DNA of 64,000 bases, taken from sequence record OY720014. One strand, 5' to 3'. The notes under the pieces are model-generated. The model saw nothing but the letters and a program-made list of their open reading frames with translations. It did not search any database and was not told the origin of the DNA. Shown piece after piece: positions 1 to 10,836 of this stretch. Within the stretch, counting starts at the first letter, position 1; every line of letters starts with the position of its first letter. This DNA comes from Escherichia phage vB_Eco_QOTSP. A program made the position numbers and the translations under genes.

Positions 1-1467
1 TTGTACTTCACGAACCATTTGAATAGTCGCTGATGAACCAATGACAGAATGATCTGCATCATCTACATATGTCAACATCTTAGACTTGGCAAAAGACGAG
101 TTAAAAATTTCTACATCTTCGGTATAATAACGATCAATTTTATCAATTATTTGACCTTCGAGCCACTGTTCGGATTCTTGCAGCTTATTTAAAGCATATG
201 TGACTTTTAAATTAGTCTTAATAAAAAGATAATTAGGAGAAATAATTGATGGCGTAATAGGAGCTAAATTATAGTCTTTGAGATAATTTTTAATATCTTC
301 ACGTTGCACAGTAGTTAAATACAATCCTGATTTAGGTTTAGCAGCAATAAATGCATACCCAGGTTTAGTAGAATCAGTGAAAGTCTGAACAGCTTGAATA
401 ATAGAACCAAATCTCTCTGAAACGAATGTATCGTAGTCAGTCGCAGTTACGCAGCGTTGCTGGGTTTCGCGTTTAATAGTACCCAATTCGCGAATACGCT
501 CAATATCTTCTGGATCACCGCCGCCATCTGCTCCGACAAAATCTGGGTCGTCGTTTGGATTTTCATTAATATTGATGACAGTTATATTTGTTAATGTATC
601 TGCATATGAAAATCCGACTGCTCCGTTCGCGTCAGCGCCATTAGTACTGATGTACTCAATAACAATCGTAGAGTTCTGAGTAGGTTTAAGACCTCCGATA
701 TAATTAGCGGTCAAAGCTCCTTCAGAAGCATTAACAGAAATTTCACCTTCACCAAAATAGAATTCAGTGTTTCCATCAATAGTTTCACGCATATAGTAAA
801 TCGTTGATGTTGAACCAGCATGAACCATTGACTTTCTCGTCCAGTTAATCCATTCCGCTCCATCAACATATAATTTAACCTGGTTTCTATCAATATTTTT
901 ATCATAAATGATAATAGGTGTTAATTTATCATAAATGATTTCAGTTCTTACTATACGTCCCTGGGCCAATTTTAAACGTGGAAAATATTGGTTATTTTTA
1001 TCACGAATAGCAATAACATCTTCGGTAGATACAAAGTTATAAGGATTAACAGAAGTATCCTTTGCATATGCTAAAAAGCGAGTACCGCGAGGAATAGTAA
1101 TGTAATTTCTATTCAATGCATCTGTGCATGTTAACATAATTTCGGTCTGCGCAGCGGATTTTGAAGTAGGTAAATATCCGTTATCTTGCGCAGCTTGAAC
1201 AACTGAACTTCGTAAGTTAGCAGTACGCATAAAGCTTTCATACACAGCAGCATTACCAAACTGCTGAATGTATAATGTATTATAAGCTAAAAGGTCACAC
1301 AGAACGTTTAATCTTGAGCCTTCAAAATCATAATCCAAAAATTCATTTTGGCCATTAAGCCATTCAATGAGGTTTTGTTTTATTTCAGCAAATGTACCCC
1401 CGACGAATATCTCGGGAATAGCATTTGCTGTTCTTGTTAATTGATAATTTACAGGGGTATTTGCCAT
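1..1467 (-). CDS. 6: baseplate wedge protein gp6, N-terminal part (gene runs off the window start)
   Basis: Minus-strand ATG at 1465-1467 opens a frame reading MANTPVNYQ...; position directly after 5.4/5 as in T4; only the first codons were translated by eye. Confidence 0.7.
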   Translation of the reverse strand, partial: MANTPVNYQLTRTANAIPEIFVGGTFAEIKQNLIEWLNGQNEFLDYDFEGSRLNVLCDLLAYNTLYIQQFGNAAVYESFMRTANLRSSVVQAAQDNGYLPTSKSAAQTEIMLTCTDALNRNYITIPRGTRFLAYAKDTSVNPYNFVSTEDVIAIRDKNNQYFPRLKLAQGRIVRTEIIYDKLTPIIIYDKNIDRNQVKLYVDGAEWINWTRKSMVHAGSTSTIYYMRETIDGNTEFYFGEGEISVNASEGALTANYIGGLKPTQNSTIVIEYISTNGADANGAVGFSYADTLTNITVININENPNDDPDFVGADGGGDPEDIERIRELGTIKRETQQRCVTATDYDTFVSERFGSIIQAVQTFTDSTKPGYAFIAAKPKSGLYLTTVQREDIKNYLKDYNLAPITPSIISPNYLFIKTNLKVTYALNKLQESEQWLEGQIIDKIDRYYTEDVEIFNSSFAKSKMLTYVDDADHSVIGSSATIQMVREVQ

Positions 1468-1475
1468 TTTAAATC

Positions 1476-1769
1476 CTATTTAATGAATACTTTAGATGAT
1501 GCCTGAGCCACAGTATCACCGCATGATATTGGATCAGCCATTTGAACAGCTTTCTTTCCAGTGACATATACCTTAGAAGTTCTGGGTTGTGTCACTCCGC
1601 CATGTGTTTCATATGGCTTTTTAATTTCTGTATGTTCTGTAATTGGATCACCTGCTACGAGAACAGCAATTCCTCCAGTGAATACTTTACTTTGTGTAGC
1701 ATTCACAACTGTTGGAGGCCACGCTTCATGGCCAGCAGTAACACACTTATCATAACTTAATCCTGACAT
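1476..1769 (-). CDS. 5.4: gp5.4 PAAR-repeat baseplate spike tip protein (97 aa)
   Basis: 97-aa ORF immediately downstream of gene 5 on the same strand; size and position match T4 gp5.4. Confidence 0.8.
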
Positions 1770-2327
1770 TTATGGCCTCTCATACACGTAGCTTCTCAGT
1801 TTATTAGCCCAACGACTCCAATTTCCAACTATAGTTTTAGTATAATTTTTAACGAGAGTTTTTCTTACTAGAGCAGGAGGATCTGTCGGTTCAGTAGTAT
1901 CAGAAGATGACCTAGAATTACTACCAGAACCTCCAGATTCACTTTGTTCTTGGTAGTCATATATTAATGTTACTTCGTAAGTGAATGTCTTCTGGAGATT
2001 TTGAGGAGCTTTCCACAAATACAACTGAGTATCAGAATCAGTAGGAAGTTCTTCCCATGAAGCAGCAGTTTTAAATTCATCGCCTAAACGATATTTCAAC
2101 GCGTCATTTCCGAAACCAAATACAGATTCATATGTTCCATATAAGCGATTTTCTTCTACTAAAACCCCAGGAGTTTCTTCGTAACTAGTTATATTTATAG
2201 ATACTAACGTTTCACCTGTTTCTAATTGAGCGGTAAAGGTGACGTCGATAGAAGAACCTTCCATGGATTCTCCTAAATCAGCGCTCATTGGAAGTATATT
2301 AGCCAATGTCAATCCTCGATCCATCAA
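1770..2327 (-). CDS. 5.1: gp5.1-like protein (185 aa)
   Basis: ORF between 5 and 5.4, overlapping the gene 5 stop; synteny with T4. Confidence 0.6.
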
Positions 2328-4026
2328 TTGTGTATTGACCAGATGAAATAGAACTCATAGATGCCATTTTTTCTGTCCAATCACCACCAACGTCCCAATC
2401 AACTGTCCCAGCAACTTTCCAAGAAAGATTTCCATTTACTGTATTAGTCTGATTTCCTTCAACTAAAGTGGTAGCATCTCCTTTAACTGTAATGTCAGCA
2501 TTACCTTCAACTACAATAGTAACATTACCTTTAACTAGGATAGTTCCATTACCTTCAACCGTCTTAGTTTCATCGCCTCTAACAAATATCGTATTGCTTC
2601 CATCTATTTGGTGAAGACGATTATCCATGTTGTAATAAATTTCTGATCCACCGACGTTAGTCTTTTTATCACCGGCTACCAAAAAATTACCATCAGCATT
2701 GGTTATATCATACAAATTATCAACAGTTTTTCTTGTTCTTCTTCCTGACGGTGATACTTCTTCATAAGTTCCAGTTGGATGAACTAATCTGTATCGTTCT
2801 TGCCCAGGGGTATCATCAAATTCCTGAATATGTCCACTTTCAGTTTCCATTGTATGCACATAAGGATATTCGCCTTTATATGAAGAAACTGGTTCTTTGA
2901 ATAAAATTCTCGAGTCATTTGGAATAGGAGGGTCAGCAGGGTCAGAAGATTTAGCTACAGTCGCAGCCATTGCCGATAAAGACCTAGCTGGAGTTTTCAC
3001 TTCAACACCATATGATTCCAAATTCCCCGTAAGAATAATCATGGTAACACGGGATGCACGGCCTTTTGTTTGTTGATACCACAATGAATCACGACCGGCT
3101 TTATATGCTTTTTCCCAATCTCCTGCTAACATAGCAGTTAACATTGTGTTAAATTTAGCTACACCGCCAACACCCATCTGAAATGCCATATTTTCTAATG
3201 CCATTTGACGAGAACGGTTGACAGCTTGCCAGACTGGTCCTACTTTAGAATGCGATTTAATGTCACGTTGCATATCAGCCAAATCACGCTCAAATAAAGT
3301 CGTCGCTTCTTCCATTGTAATAGAACCTGGATTTCCTGTAATTTCACGACCAACTTGTTTTGATAAAACTTTATTAATTTGAGCCATATCACGAACTGGC
3401 TGCTTCATGATAAGATGACCAATACCAATTGTCGGATATCCTTCAGTATCCCAATAAACTTTTAGTCTTAATCCTTCATCACGGCGAAGCATTTCAGCCA
3501 TTGACATGTTTGGATTATCATCAGTTGGAATCTCTGATAGTGGTCTATCATCGGGATTTATTGCGGTGTCTAAGTTACTATCTTGAATAACATTAGAAGA
3601 GGAATCATATCCTACTTCTCCGCCTTGGTTTAGTACGTTAGTATCATTTCCTAAACGTCTAGGATATTGCCCAGTTGGGTCAGAAAATCCTTCAAGTCTA
3701 TTCGGTTTTTCGCGAACTATTCCACCATACGTGCCAAGGACAATTCCGTTAGTTTTCCATTTGTCTAAAAAATGACCATAAACTCTAGTTCCTTCTACCG
3801 GTCCAGTAACAGAACCTCCAATTCCTGACATTGCTGCAGAAGTTATAGGTTGAATAACTGACATCCATGGTAATTTTTCAGTTGGAATACCCATTACATC
3901 ACCTTGTGCTCTTTGTGGTGGATGCAGACCAACCACACGAACACGAACACGACCTAATTTTAATGGGTCCATTCTATCTTCAACAACACCAACAAACCAG
4001 TTGAGGTTATTACTTATCATTTCCAT
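2299..4026 (-). CDS. 5: gp5 baseplate hub subunit / tail lysozyme (575 aa)
   Basis: 575 aa; internal lysozyme domain (EMLRRDEGLRLKVYWDTEGYPTIGIGHL) paralogous to gene e; C-terminal VxGxxxxx beta-helix repeats. Confidence 0.95.
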   Translation of the reverse strand: MEMISNNLNWFVGVVEDRMDPLKLGRVRVRVVGLHPPQRAQGDVMGIPTEKLPWMSVIQPITSAAMSGIGGSVTGPVEGTRVYGHFLDKWKTNGIVLGTYGGIVREKPNRLEGFSDPTGQYPRRLGNDTNVLNQGGEVGYDSSSNVIQDSNLDTAINPDDRPLSEIPTDDNPNMSMAEMLRRDEGLRLKVYWDTEGYPTIGIGHLIMKQPVRDMAQINKVLSKQVGREITGNPGSITMEEATTLFERDLADMQRDIKSHSKVGPVWQAVNRSRQMALENMAFQMGVGGVAKFNTMLTAMLAGDWEKAYKAGRDSLWYQQTKGRASRVTMIILTGNLESYGVEVKTPARSLSAMAATVAKSSDPADPPIPNDSRILFKEPVSSYKGEYPYVHTMETESGHIQEFDDTPGQERYRLVHPTGTYEEVSPSGRRTRKTVDNLYDITNADGNFLVAGDKKTNVGGSEIYYNMDNRLHQIDGSNTIFVRGDETKTVEGNGTILVKGNVTIVVEGNADITVKGDATTLVEGNQTNTVNGNLSWKVAGTVDWDVGGDWTEKMASMSSISSGQYTIDGSRIDIG

Positions 4027-4600
4027 AAGATTTCTCCATTATACGTATAAGGTCGTTCATAAATGAATTAATGTCTGATTTTGCTATTATTTTTATTTGA
4101 CGAAGTTTTTCATTTTCAAGAACAGCAGCTTCATACGTATCGACCGCAGCAAGTGCTCCTTCATATTGAGGATATTTTCTAGCTTTATCACCTTTGTCAT
4201 ACCAAACATATGGATTATCATCGTATGATATTAAATTATAAAATTTTTCACCGTTCTCATTTACATGATATACTATTTGGTCTCCACCTACGTTTTTGTA
4301 TTTTTGTATAGATGCTTGATAAGCAGCTTCTTGCGAAGTAATCCATCCATAATACGGGTCATAATTATCATTACACATCAATAAAACCCAATACAACTGT
4401 GGATTTCCATATATAGTATTTGCTAATTCTTCCGGGCGTGGTGAACCTTTAATATAATAAGTACGTAAGCGGTATCCCGCAAGAGCACGTTTGAAATAGT
4501 CTTTATAGTTTCTAAAAATATCTGTCATAGGAATAGTCGGCGCGTTTTTATTCACCGTTTTGGCCGCATATTCAATCGGATCAAAAAATGTAAAGAGCAT
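4010..4600 (-). CDS. 53: gp53 baseplate wedge protein (196 aa)
   Basis: 196 aa ORF upstream of gene 5, overlapping its start; matches T4 gp53 size and position. Confidence 0.85.
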   Translation of the reverse strand: MLFTFFDPIEYAAKTVNKNAPTIPMTDIFRNYKDYFKRALAGYRLRTYYIKGSPRPEELANTIYGNPQLYWVLLMCNDNYDPYYGWITSQEAAYQASIQKYKNVGGDQIVYHVNENGEKFYNLISYDDNPYVWYDKGDKARKYPQYEGALAAVDTYEAAVLENEKLRQIKIIAKSDINSFMNDLIRIMEKSYGNDK

Positions 4601-4613
4601 GGGCCCTCCTGTT

Positions 4614-4621
4614 TATAAATA
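4614..4621 (+). promoter_or_regulatory. late promoter TATAAATA for gene 4
   Basis: Exact TATAAATA about 27 nt upstream of the gene 4 ATG. Confidence 0.6.
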
Positions 4622-4628
4622 TATTATC

Positions 4629-4636
4629 TATTTATA
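4629..4636 (-). promoter_or_regulatory. late promoter (TATAAATA on minus strand) for gene 53
   Basis: Plus-strand TATTTATA is TATAAATA on the minus strand, about 30 nt upstream of the gene 53 start; divergent with the gene 4 promoter. Confidence 0.55.
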
Positions 4637-4647
4637 AGGAGAATCCA

Positions 4648-5100
4648 ATGGCATATTCTGGAAAATGGGTTCCTAAAAATATATCAAAATATAGAGGTGA
4701 CCCTAAAAAAATTACGTATAGATCAAATTGGGAAAAATTCTTTTTTGAATGGTTAGATAAAAATCCAGAAATTATTGCATGGGGTAGTGAAACAGCAGTA
4801 ATTCCTTATTTTTGTAATGCAGAAGGGAAAAAACGTAGATACTTCATGGATATTTGGATGAAAGATTCTTCTGGACAAGAATTTTTTATTGAAATAAAAC
4901 CTAAAAAAGAAACACAACCACCAGTTAAACCAGCACATCTAACAACTGCAGCGAAGAAAAGATTTATGAATGAAATTTATACATATTCCGTTAATACCGA
5001 CAAATGGAAAGCAGCGCAAGCTTTAGCTGAAAAGCGTGGAATAAAATTTAGAATTCTAACAGAAGATGGATTACGAGCTCTTGGCTTTAAGGGGGCATAA
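4648..5100 (+). CDS. 4: gp4 head completion protein (150 aa)
   Basis: 150 aa ORF; synteny 53/4/2/3/1. Confidence 0.85.
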
Positions 5101-5924
5101 TGGCTATTTTTCAAATAATTAATGAAAGCACTCCCCAAGTTCCAAAGGTTAAGCAATCATTAAACGAAAAGAAATGGATTCAGATAGGTCTTGAATATAA
5201 AAAGGCCAAAGCAAAAGGAATGACAGGAAAGCAATTTGCTGAAGAAAGAGGAATCAAATACTCTACGTTTACTTCAGCAATGTCAAAATATGCTTCAGGA
5301 ATTAAAACGGCTGAAAAGATTCAAAAGCTTGAATCAAAACCAATGAATAAACTCAATAAGCAAGAAAGACAACTGCTTATGATAAATTCATTCAGACAAA
5401 CATTGCGTGATAAAATTCGTAATGAAGGTGCAGCAATTAATAATAAAACCAGAAAGTGGTTTGCTGAAACTATTAAGCAAGTAAAAGGACATAAAGTTGT
5501 TCGCCCGCAGCCGGGACGAATATATGCTTTTGCTTATGATGCTAAACACAAGGAAACTCTTCCTTACTGGGATAAATTTCCTTTGATAATTTACCTTGGT
5601 TTAGGTAAGCATAACTTAATGTACGGATTAAACTTGCACTATATTCCACCTAAAGCTCGTCAGCAATTCCTAGAAGAGCTTTTAAAGCAATATGCAAATA
5701 CACCTACTATTACTAATAAAACGAAATTAAAAATTGATTGGAGTCAAGTGAAAGGATTTAGGGGTGCAGACCAAATGATTAAGGCATATATACCTGGTAA
5801 TATTATGGGTAGCCTTGTTGAAATCGCCCCGAAAGACTGGGCGAACGTTGTGTTGATGCCACTTCAGCAGTTCGTTTCAAAAGGAAAACGTTTCTCTGCA
5901 AACAAAGTCTGGTCAAATATTTAA
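5100..5924 (+). CDS. 2: gp2 DNA end-protector protein (274 aa)
   Basis: 274 aa basic protein, start overlaps the gene 4 stop; size matches T4 gp2. Confidence 0.85.
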
Positions 5925-6030
5925 TTCTATTATCTTCCATTCTTTTCTGTTGTTTGTTCTAAATGGAATTGAATGGAAGGGACTTAGACCCATTATACCA
6001 CCAACAGTTATAAAGCATTATGAGGAATAT

Positions 6031-6561
6031 ATGTCGCAAGCTCTGCAACAAATTTTTAACCAAGCAAATACAACTAACTTTGTAGTATCAATACCACATA
6101 GTAATACTACATCTGCTTTTACTTTAAATGCTCAGTCAGTTCCTATTCCAGGAATTAGAATACCTGTTACTGATACCGTGACTGGGCCGTTTGGACTGGG
6201 CCGAGCACAACGTCCAGGTGTTACATTCGAGTATGATCCACTCATTGTGAGATTTATAGTTGATGAAGAACTTAAATCATGGATAGGAATGTATGAATGG
6301 ATGCTAGGAACTAGCAACTATCTTACAGGTGAAAATACTGCTCAAAAAACAGGTCCTGAGTACATTACGCTTTACATCTTAGATAATAGCAAAACTGAAA
6401 TCGTGATGTCAATAAATTTTTATAAGCCTTGGGTTTCTGACCTATCTGAAGTAGAATTTAGCTACACAGAAGATTCAGACCCGGCTTTAGTATGTACTGC
6501 AACGATTCCTTACACATATTTTCAAGTAGAAAAAGATGGAAAAATTATAGCAGAAGTTTAA
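6031..6561 (+). CDS. 3: gp3 tail completion / sheath stabiliser (176 aa)
   Basis: Internal ATG of track ORF 5950-6561 preceded by GAGGAA; gives the 176-aa length I recall for T4 gp3. Confidence 0.8.
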   Translation: MSQALQQIFNQANTTNFVVSIPHSNTTSAFTLNAQSVPIPGIRIPVTDTVTGPFGLGRAQRPGVTFEYDPLIVRFIVDEELKSWIGMYEWMLGTSNYLTGENTAQKTGPEYITLYILDNSKTEIVMSINFYKPWVSDLSEVEFSYTEDSDPALVCTATIPYTYFQVEKDGKIIAEV

Positions 6562-6610
6562 TGCTTCAGTTTTGTGTGTTATAATCTTAATTAAATTTGA
6601 GGAGAAACAC

Positions 6611-7335
6611 ATGAAACTAATCTTTTTAAGCGGTGTAAAGCGTAGTGGAAAAGATACTACTGCTGATTTTATCATGAGCAATTATTCTGCAGTTAAATAC
6701 CAACTTGCTGGTCCTATTAAGGATGCATTGGCTTATGCATGGGGCGTATTTGCAGAAAACACTGACTATCCTTGCTTAACTCGTAAAGAGTTTGAAGGAA
6801 TTGACTATGATCGTGAGACTAATTTAAATCTGACTAAATCAGAAGTAATCACGATTATGGAACAAGCATTTTGCTATCTTAACGGTAAAAGCCCAATTAA
6901 GGGTGTGTTTGTTTTTGATGACGAAGGACAAGAATCAGTTAATTCTGTAGCATTTAACAAGATTATTGACGTTATAAATAATATTGAAGATCAATGGTCA
7001 GTCCGTCGTCTGATGCAAGCCCTAGGTACGGATTTGATTGTTAATAACTTCGACCGCATGTACTGGGTAAAATTATTTGCTTTAGATTATCTTGATAAAT
7101 TTAACTCAGGTTATGATTATTATATCGTTCCTGATACTCGTCAAGATCATGAAATGGATGCGGCTAGGGCGATGGGTGCTACAGTAATTCATGTAGTTCG
7201 TCCTGGTCAAAAATCCAATGATACACATATTACAGAAGCTGGATTGCCAATTCGTGATGGCGATTTAGTAATTACAAACGATGGTTCTCTTGAAGAACTT
7301 TTTTCTAAAATTAAAAATACACTAAAGGTACTATA

Positions 7336-7336
<1 letters not shown>
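6611..7336 (+). CDS. 1: gp1 deoxynucleoside monophosphate kinase (241 aa)
   Basis: P-loop GVKRSGKDT near N-terminus; internal ATG after GAGGAGA gives 241 aa. Confidence 0.9.
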
Positions 7337-8033
<697 letters not shown>

Positions 8034-8044
8034 TTTCACAAAGT

Positions 8045-8076
8045 TGTTTACATACTGATGAGGTAGTGATACTATT
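8045..8076 (+). promoter_or_regulatory. early promoter within a stem-loop (PeSL-type)
   Basis: GTTTAC -35, about 17 bp spacer, TGaTACTAT -10 embedded in inverted repeat GAGGTAGTGATACTATTACCTC. Confidence 0.6.
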
Positions 8077-8106
8077 ACCTCATCAAAATTAATTAGGAAA
8101 ATAAAA

Positions 8107-8364
8107 ATGAAAACTTTCAAAGAGTTTGCTACAGAAACTATTATCACTGAATCTTCTCATGGTATGGAAGTAAAGCTTGGAATGGCTTTAGCTGAAGCTG
8201 AGCGTCTTTTTTCTCGTATTAAAGAACTTGCTGCTGCAGTCGATCCTTCATCTTTTAAAGGAGACCAAACTAAAGTTAAAGCACTTTTAGCATTATGCTC
8301 TGATGCAGGAGAAATCGCTAAGAACGGTTCTAAGATGAAGAAACGATTAGAAGATTTAAAATAA
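8107..8364 (+). CDS. internal-protein-like small protein with variant capsid-targeting N-terminus (85 aa)
   Basis: N-terminus MKTFKEFATE resembles the T4 internal-protein targeting sequence MKTYQEFIAEA; own promoter. Confidence 0.5.
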   Translation: MKTFKEFATETIITESSHGMEVKLGMALAEAERLFSRIKELAAAVDPSSFKGDQTKVKALLALCSDAGEIAKNGSKMKKRLEDLK

Positions 8365-8376
8365 TTTCACAAAGTT

Positions 8377-8410
8377 GTTTACACGGGGTTTTAGTAGTGA
8401 TACTATTACC
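8377..8410 (+). promoter_or_regulatory. early promoter (PeSL-type)
   Basis: GTTTAC -35 and TGATACTAT -10 inside a palindrome. Confidence 0.6.
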
Positions 8411-8424
8411 CTATCAAAACAAAT

Positions 8425-8676
8425 GTGAAATTGGAGAATAAAATGAAAACGTATCAAGAATTTATTGCTGAAGCTGCTGATGTAAAAGTTGAGTTTATTT
8501 ACATTGGCAAGAAAGATAAAATGGGCGAAATGCCTCATGGAGTTCTTCGTGATGCATTAGATAATTTCGGTCAACTCGCCGCAGAAGATTACGGTGATAA
8601 AATTGTTGTTACTGGTCCGGCTGCAGTTATTGAAAAATGGGCAGCAGAAAATAAATCAATTTTTCGTAAAAAATGA
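8425..8676 (+). CDS. ipI: internal protein I-like (83 aa)
   Basis: Begins with exact capsid-targeting sequence MKTYQEFIAEA; position between 57B and tRNAs as for T4 ipI. Confidence 0.6.
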   Translation: MKLENKMKTYQEFIAEAADVKVEFIYIGKKDKMGEMPHGVLRDALDNFGQLAAEDYGDKIVVTGPAAVIEKWAAENKSIFRKK

Positions 8677-8712
8677 GTTTACTTTTAGATAGGGTAGTGA
8701 TACTATTACCCT
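8677..8712 (+). promoter_or_regulatory. early promoter (PeSL-type)
   Basis: GTTTAC then perfect palindrome ATAGGGTAGTGATACTATTACCCTAT containing the -10. Confidence 0.6.
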
Positions 8713-8734
8713 ATCAACTACTGAGGAGAATAAA

Positions 8735-8920
8735 ATGAAACGTTGTGAATTAATTCGAAATGTTGCTATTGCAATTTCTGCTTCCGCTTTTAGTTTTTCA
8801 ATGTTTGTTGGATTTATATGCGGATTATTAACTACAGCAGAAAATGTGTTTTCACTTGTAGTAGCATTTTTAATTGGTTTAATTGCTATCGTTATGGATA
8901 AAATTTCTAAAGGTGAATAA
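8735..8920 (+). CDS. small hydrophobic membrane protein (61 aa)
   Basis: ORF after GAGGAGAATAAAATG; mostly hydrophobic residues. Confidence 0.45.
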   Translation: MKRCELIRNVAIAISASAFSFSMFVGFICGLLTTAENVFSLVVAFLIGLIAIVMDKISKGE

Positions 8921-9331
8921 ATGAGTATTAACGAATATTATGTTTATGCCGGGGATTATGCAAATCCTTCTCATTTTGAAGGTAATTTAATACCTGATAA
9001 AGTTTTTAATACTCCTTTTGAAGCGTGGAGTTGGATTGAAAGTAAAAATGGATTTTCTTACCGTTATGTTGAAGTAACTGATTGGAGAGGAACTAAATAT
9101 CCTAAAGACCATTATTACGTAAATCCATCTAAGGTAAATTTTCTTTTATTCGCAGGTGATAATTATTATCCTTGTGGTGGATATGATGATTTAATTGCGT
9201 ATGCTGAAACAGAAGATAAACTGCGTGATATCATTAAAGAAAATGAAAATAAACCGGATTATGGTTCCAATCGCTTTGACTGGTGGCAAATCGTAAATGC
9301 CCATACTCATGCTATCGTTGATAGAGGCTGA
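8921..9331 (+). CDS. hypothetical protein (136 aa)
   Basis: ORF abutting the previous stop; no recognisable motif. Confidence 0.5.
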   Translation: MSINEYYVYAGDYANPSHFEGNLIPDKVFNTPFEAWSWIESKNGFSYRYVEVTDWRGTKYPKDHYYVNPSKVNFLLFAGDNYYPCGGYDDLIAYAETEDKLRDIIKENENKPDYGSNRFDWWQIVNAHTHAIVDRG

Positions 9332-9405
9332 CAATGATTCTTTATGCTAAAGTACTACCTTATAGGAATGATATTGCTTAAATTAATATTGAGGTAGCTG
9401 AGACT

Positions 9406-9786
9406 ATGAAATTAATTAAATCGGGTGGAACCAGATGGGTACTACTAACACGTAAGTATGCTATTAAGTTCCCTATCCCCAAGACATGGAAACACTTCGT
9501 GCAGGGTATGCTCAGCAATCTTACAGAAGGTCAGTGGAAGGGGTATGATAACAAGCACCTATGCCCAATAGCATACTCAAACAGATTTGGTCTCATGGTT
9601 GTGATGCACAAAGCAGAGCCAGTTGAGGATAAGGAGCTTTTTAAATCTGATTTGCAAAAGCTCTATAATGATGTTGATGGTGATGAATGCAGAACGCTTG
9701 ACCGTGATTTCTTTGAGTATGATGCCTTTCCAAAGAACTTTGGCTACTACAAAGGTAGATTGGTCAAGATAGACTACGGAGTGTGA
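9406..9786 (+). CDS. hypothetical protein on an inserted, higher-GC cassette (126 aa)
   Basis: ORF with own GAGG RBS; codon usage visibly more G/C-rich than neighbours; flanked by direct repeats at about 9328-9354 and 9783-9809. Confidence 0.55.
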   Translation: MKLIKSGGTRWVLLTRKYAIKFPIPKTWKHFVQGMLSNLTEGQWKGYDNKHLCPIAYSNRFGLMVVMHKAEPVEDKELFKSDLQKLYNDVDGDECRTLDRDFFEYDAFPKNFGYYKGRLVKIDYGV

Positions 9787-9788
9787 TA

Positions 9789-10079
9789 ATGATTCTTTAT
9801 GCAAAAGTATCATCCATTGAAAATGGATATAAATATGATCAAGAAGCAGCTAAAGCCTTGATTGATGATTATGGCATTTTAACATGTTTTGAAGTTGAAA
9901 AGGTTTACATTGACCGTTCATCTTCTCAGGTTAAATTAGTAAAAGAAGACCGTAAATTTAATACAGTAAATTTTGATTTCTTTATTGAAACAGAAAAAGG
10001 TCCTCTTGAATATGATATTTTCAAGAATCCTTTGGGTCTTGAATGTATTCAGAAAACGTATATTAATGCAGCGTGGTGA
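9789..10079 (+). CDS. hypothetical protein (96 aa)
   Basis: ATG at 9789 (MILYAKV...); its first ~22 nt are duplicated upstream of the inserted cassette. Confidence 0.5.
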   Translation: MILYAKVSSIENGYKYDQEAAKALIDDYGILTCFEVEKVYIDRSSSQVKLVKEDRKFNTVNFDFFIETEKGPLEYDIFKNPLGLECIQKTYINAAW

Positions 10080-10676
10080 AAATGAATATTTGTTTAGGTA
10101 CTACAATTCCGCAGGGTTACGTAATTGATGTCACTACCTGGGAAAATGATGGTGACAACTATAAAACTAAAACACTGTTTGGCGTAGAAGAGCATGAAAT
10201 CTTACAATTCCAATATCTTTTAAAGAAGTTTAAAAGCAGACATTCTAGTACTAAAGCTGAACGTTATTGTGGTAATGGCTTGTTCAGCGAGCAATCGCTT
10301 TTTATTTATGAATACTTGGTTGAAGGACTGTTCTCAGAACAACTTTATCCAGAATTCATTAAAAAGGTAGCAATCGCTTTTTATTTATGAATACTTGGTT
10401 GAAGGACTGTTCTCAGAACAACTTTATCCAGAATTCATTAAAAAGGTCTTTGACATAGAAGTTGACCTTGGTAATAAATCCGAAGAAGACGAAGAACGTG
10501 TATTTGACTTATTCTTTGTGAATGGTAATAAAGTGCTTGAAGGACTTATTAATATTTTAGGCAGTGCTTCTGAGTATTATGATTATGATTTTTTGCGTGT
10601 AGTTGAGAGTGTTAAATACTCTTATATAGAAAAAGAAATTGTTTTGCCGACCGTTAAAATGTTTAATTTGCTTTAA
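10073..10676 (+). pseudogene. hypothetical gene split in two by a 79-bp perfect tandem duplication (ORFs 10073-10390 and 10395-10676)
   Basis: Units 10290-10368 and 10369-10447 are identical; 79 is not a multiple of 3, so the first ORF terminates in copy 2 and the second re-reads the same peptide (LVEGLFSEQLYPEFIKKV) from a TTG. Confidence 0.5.
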
Positions 10677-10762
10677 GAATTATTTGTTATTATTAACTCA
10701 TACCGCACTGATTAATACCCTCTATCATCAAGGGTTCTTGTTTGAGAGCCTTTGTTAATAAT

Positions 10763-10835
10763 TGGGAATTAGCCAAGTTGGTAAGGCACTGGATTTTGAT
10801 TCCAGGATGCAAAGGTTCGAGTCCTTTATTCCCAG
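10763..10835 (+). tRNA. tRNA-Gln (anticodon UUG); no encoded CCA
   Basis: Cloverleaf by eye: acceptor TGGGAAT/ATTCCCA, anticodon stem CTGGA/TCCAG, loop TTTTGAT, T-loop GGTTCGAGTCC. Confidence 0.8.
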
Positions 10836-10836
10836 C

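Noticed and set aside
1542-1760. Plus-strand ORFs 1542-1760 and 1561-1755
   Set aside because: They lie entirely within the minus-strand gene 5.4 and are Cys/Ser-rich antisense artefacts.
2299-4026. Lysozyme-like segment in gene 5 as a second endolysin gene or a recent duplication of e
   Set aside because: This is the known internal lysozyme domain of the baseplate hub protein gp5; it is divergent from gene e and embedded in a 575-aa structural protein.
10290-10447. CRISPR array or minisatellite at the 79-bp repeat
   Set aside because: Only two identical copies, directly abutting with no spacers, inside coding sequence; no other repeat-spacer arrays exist in the window.
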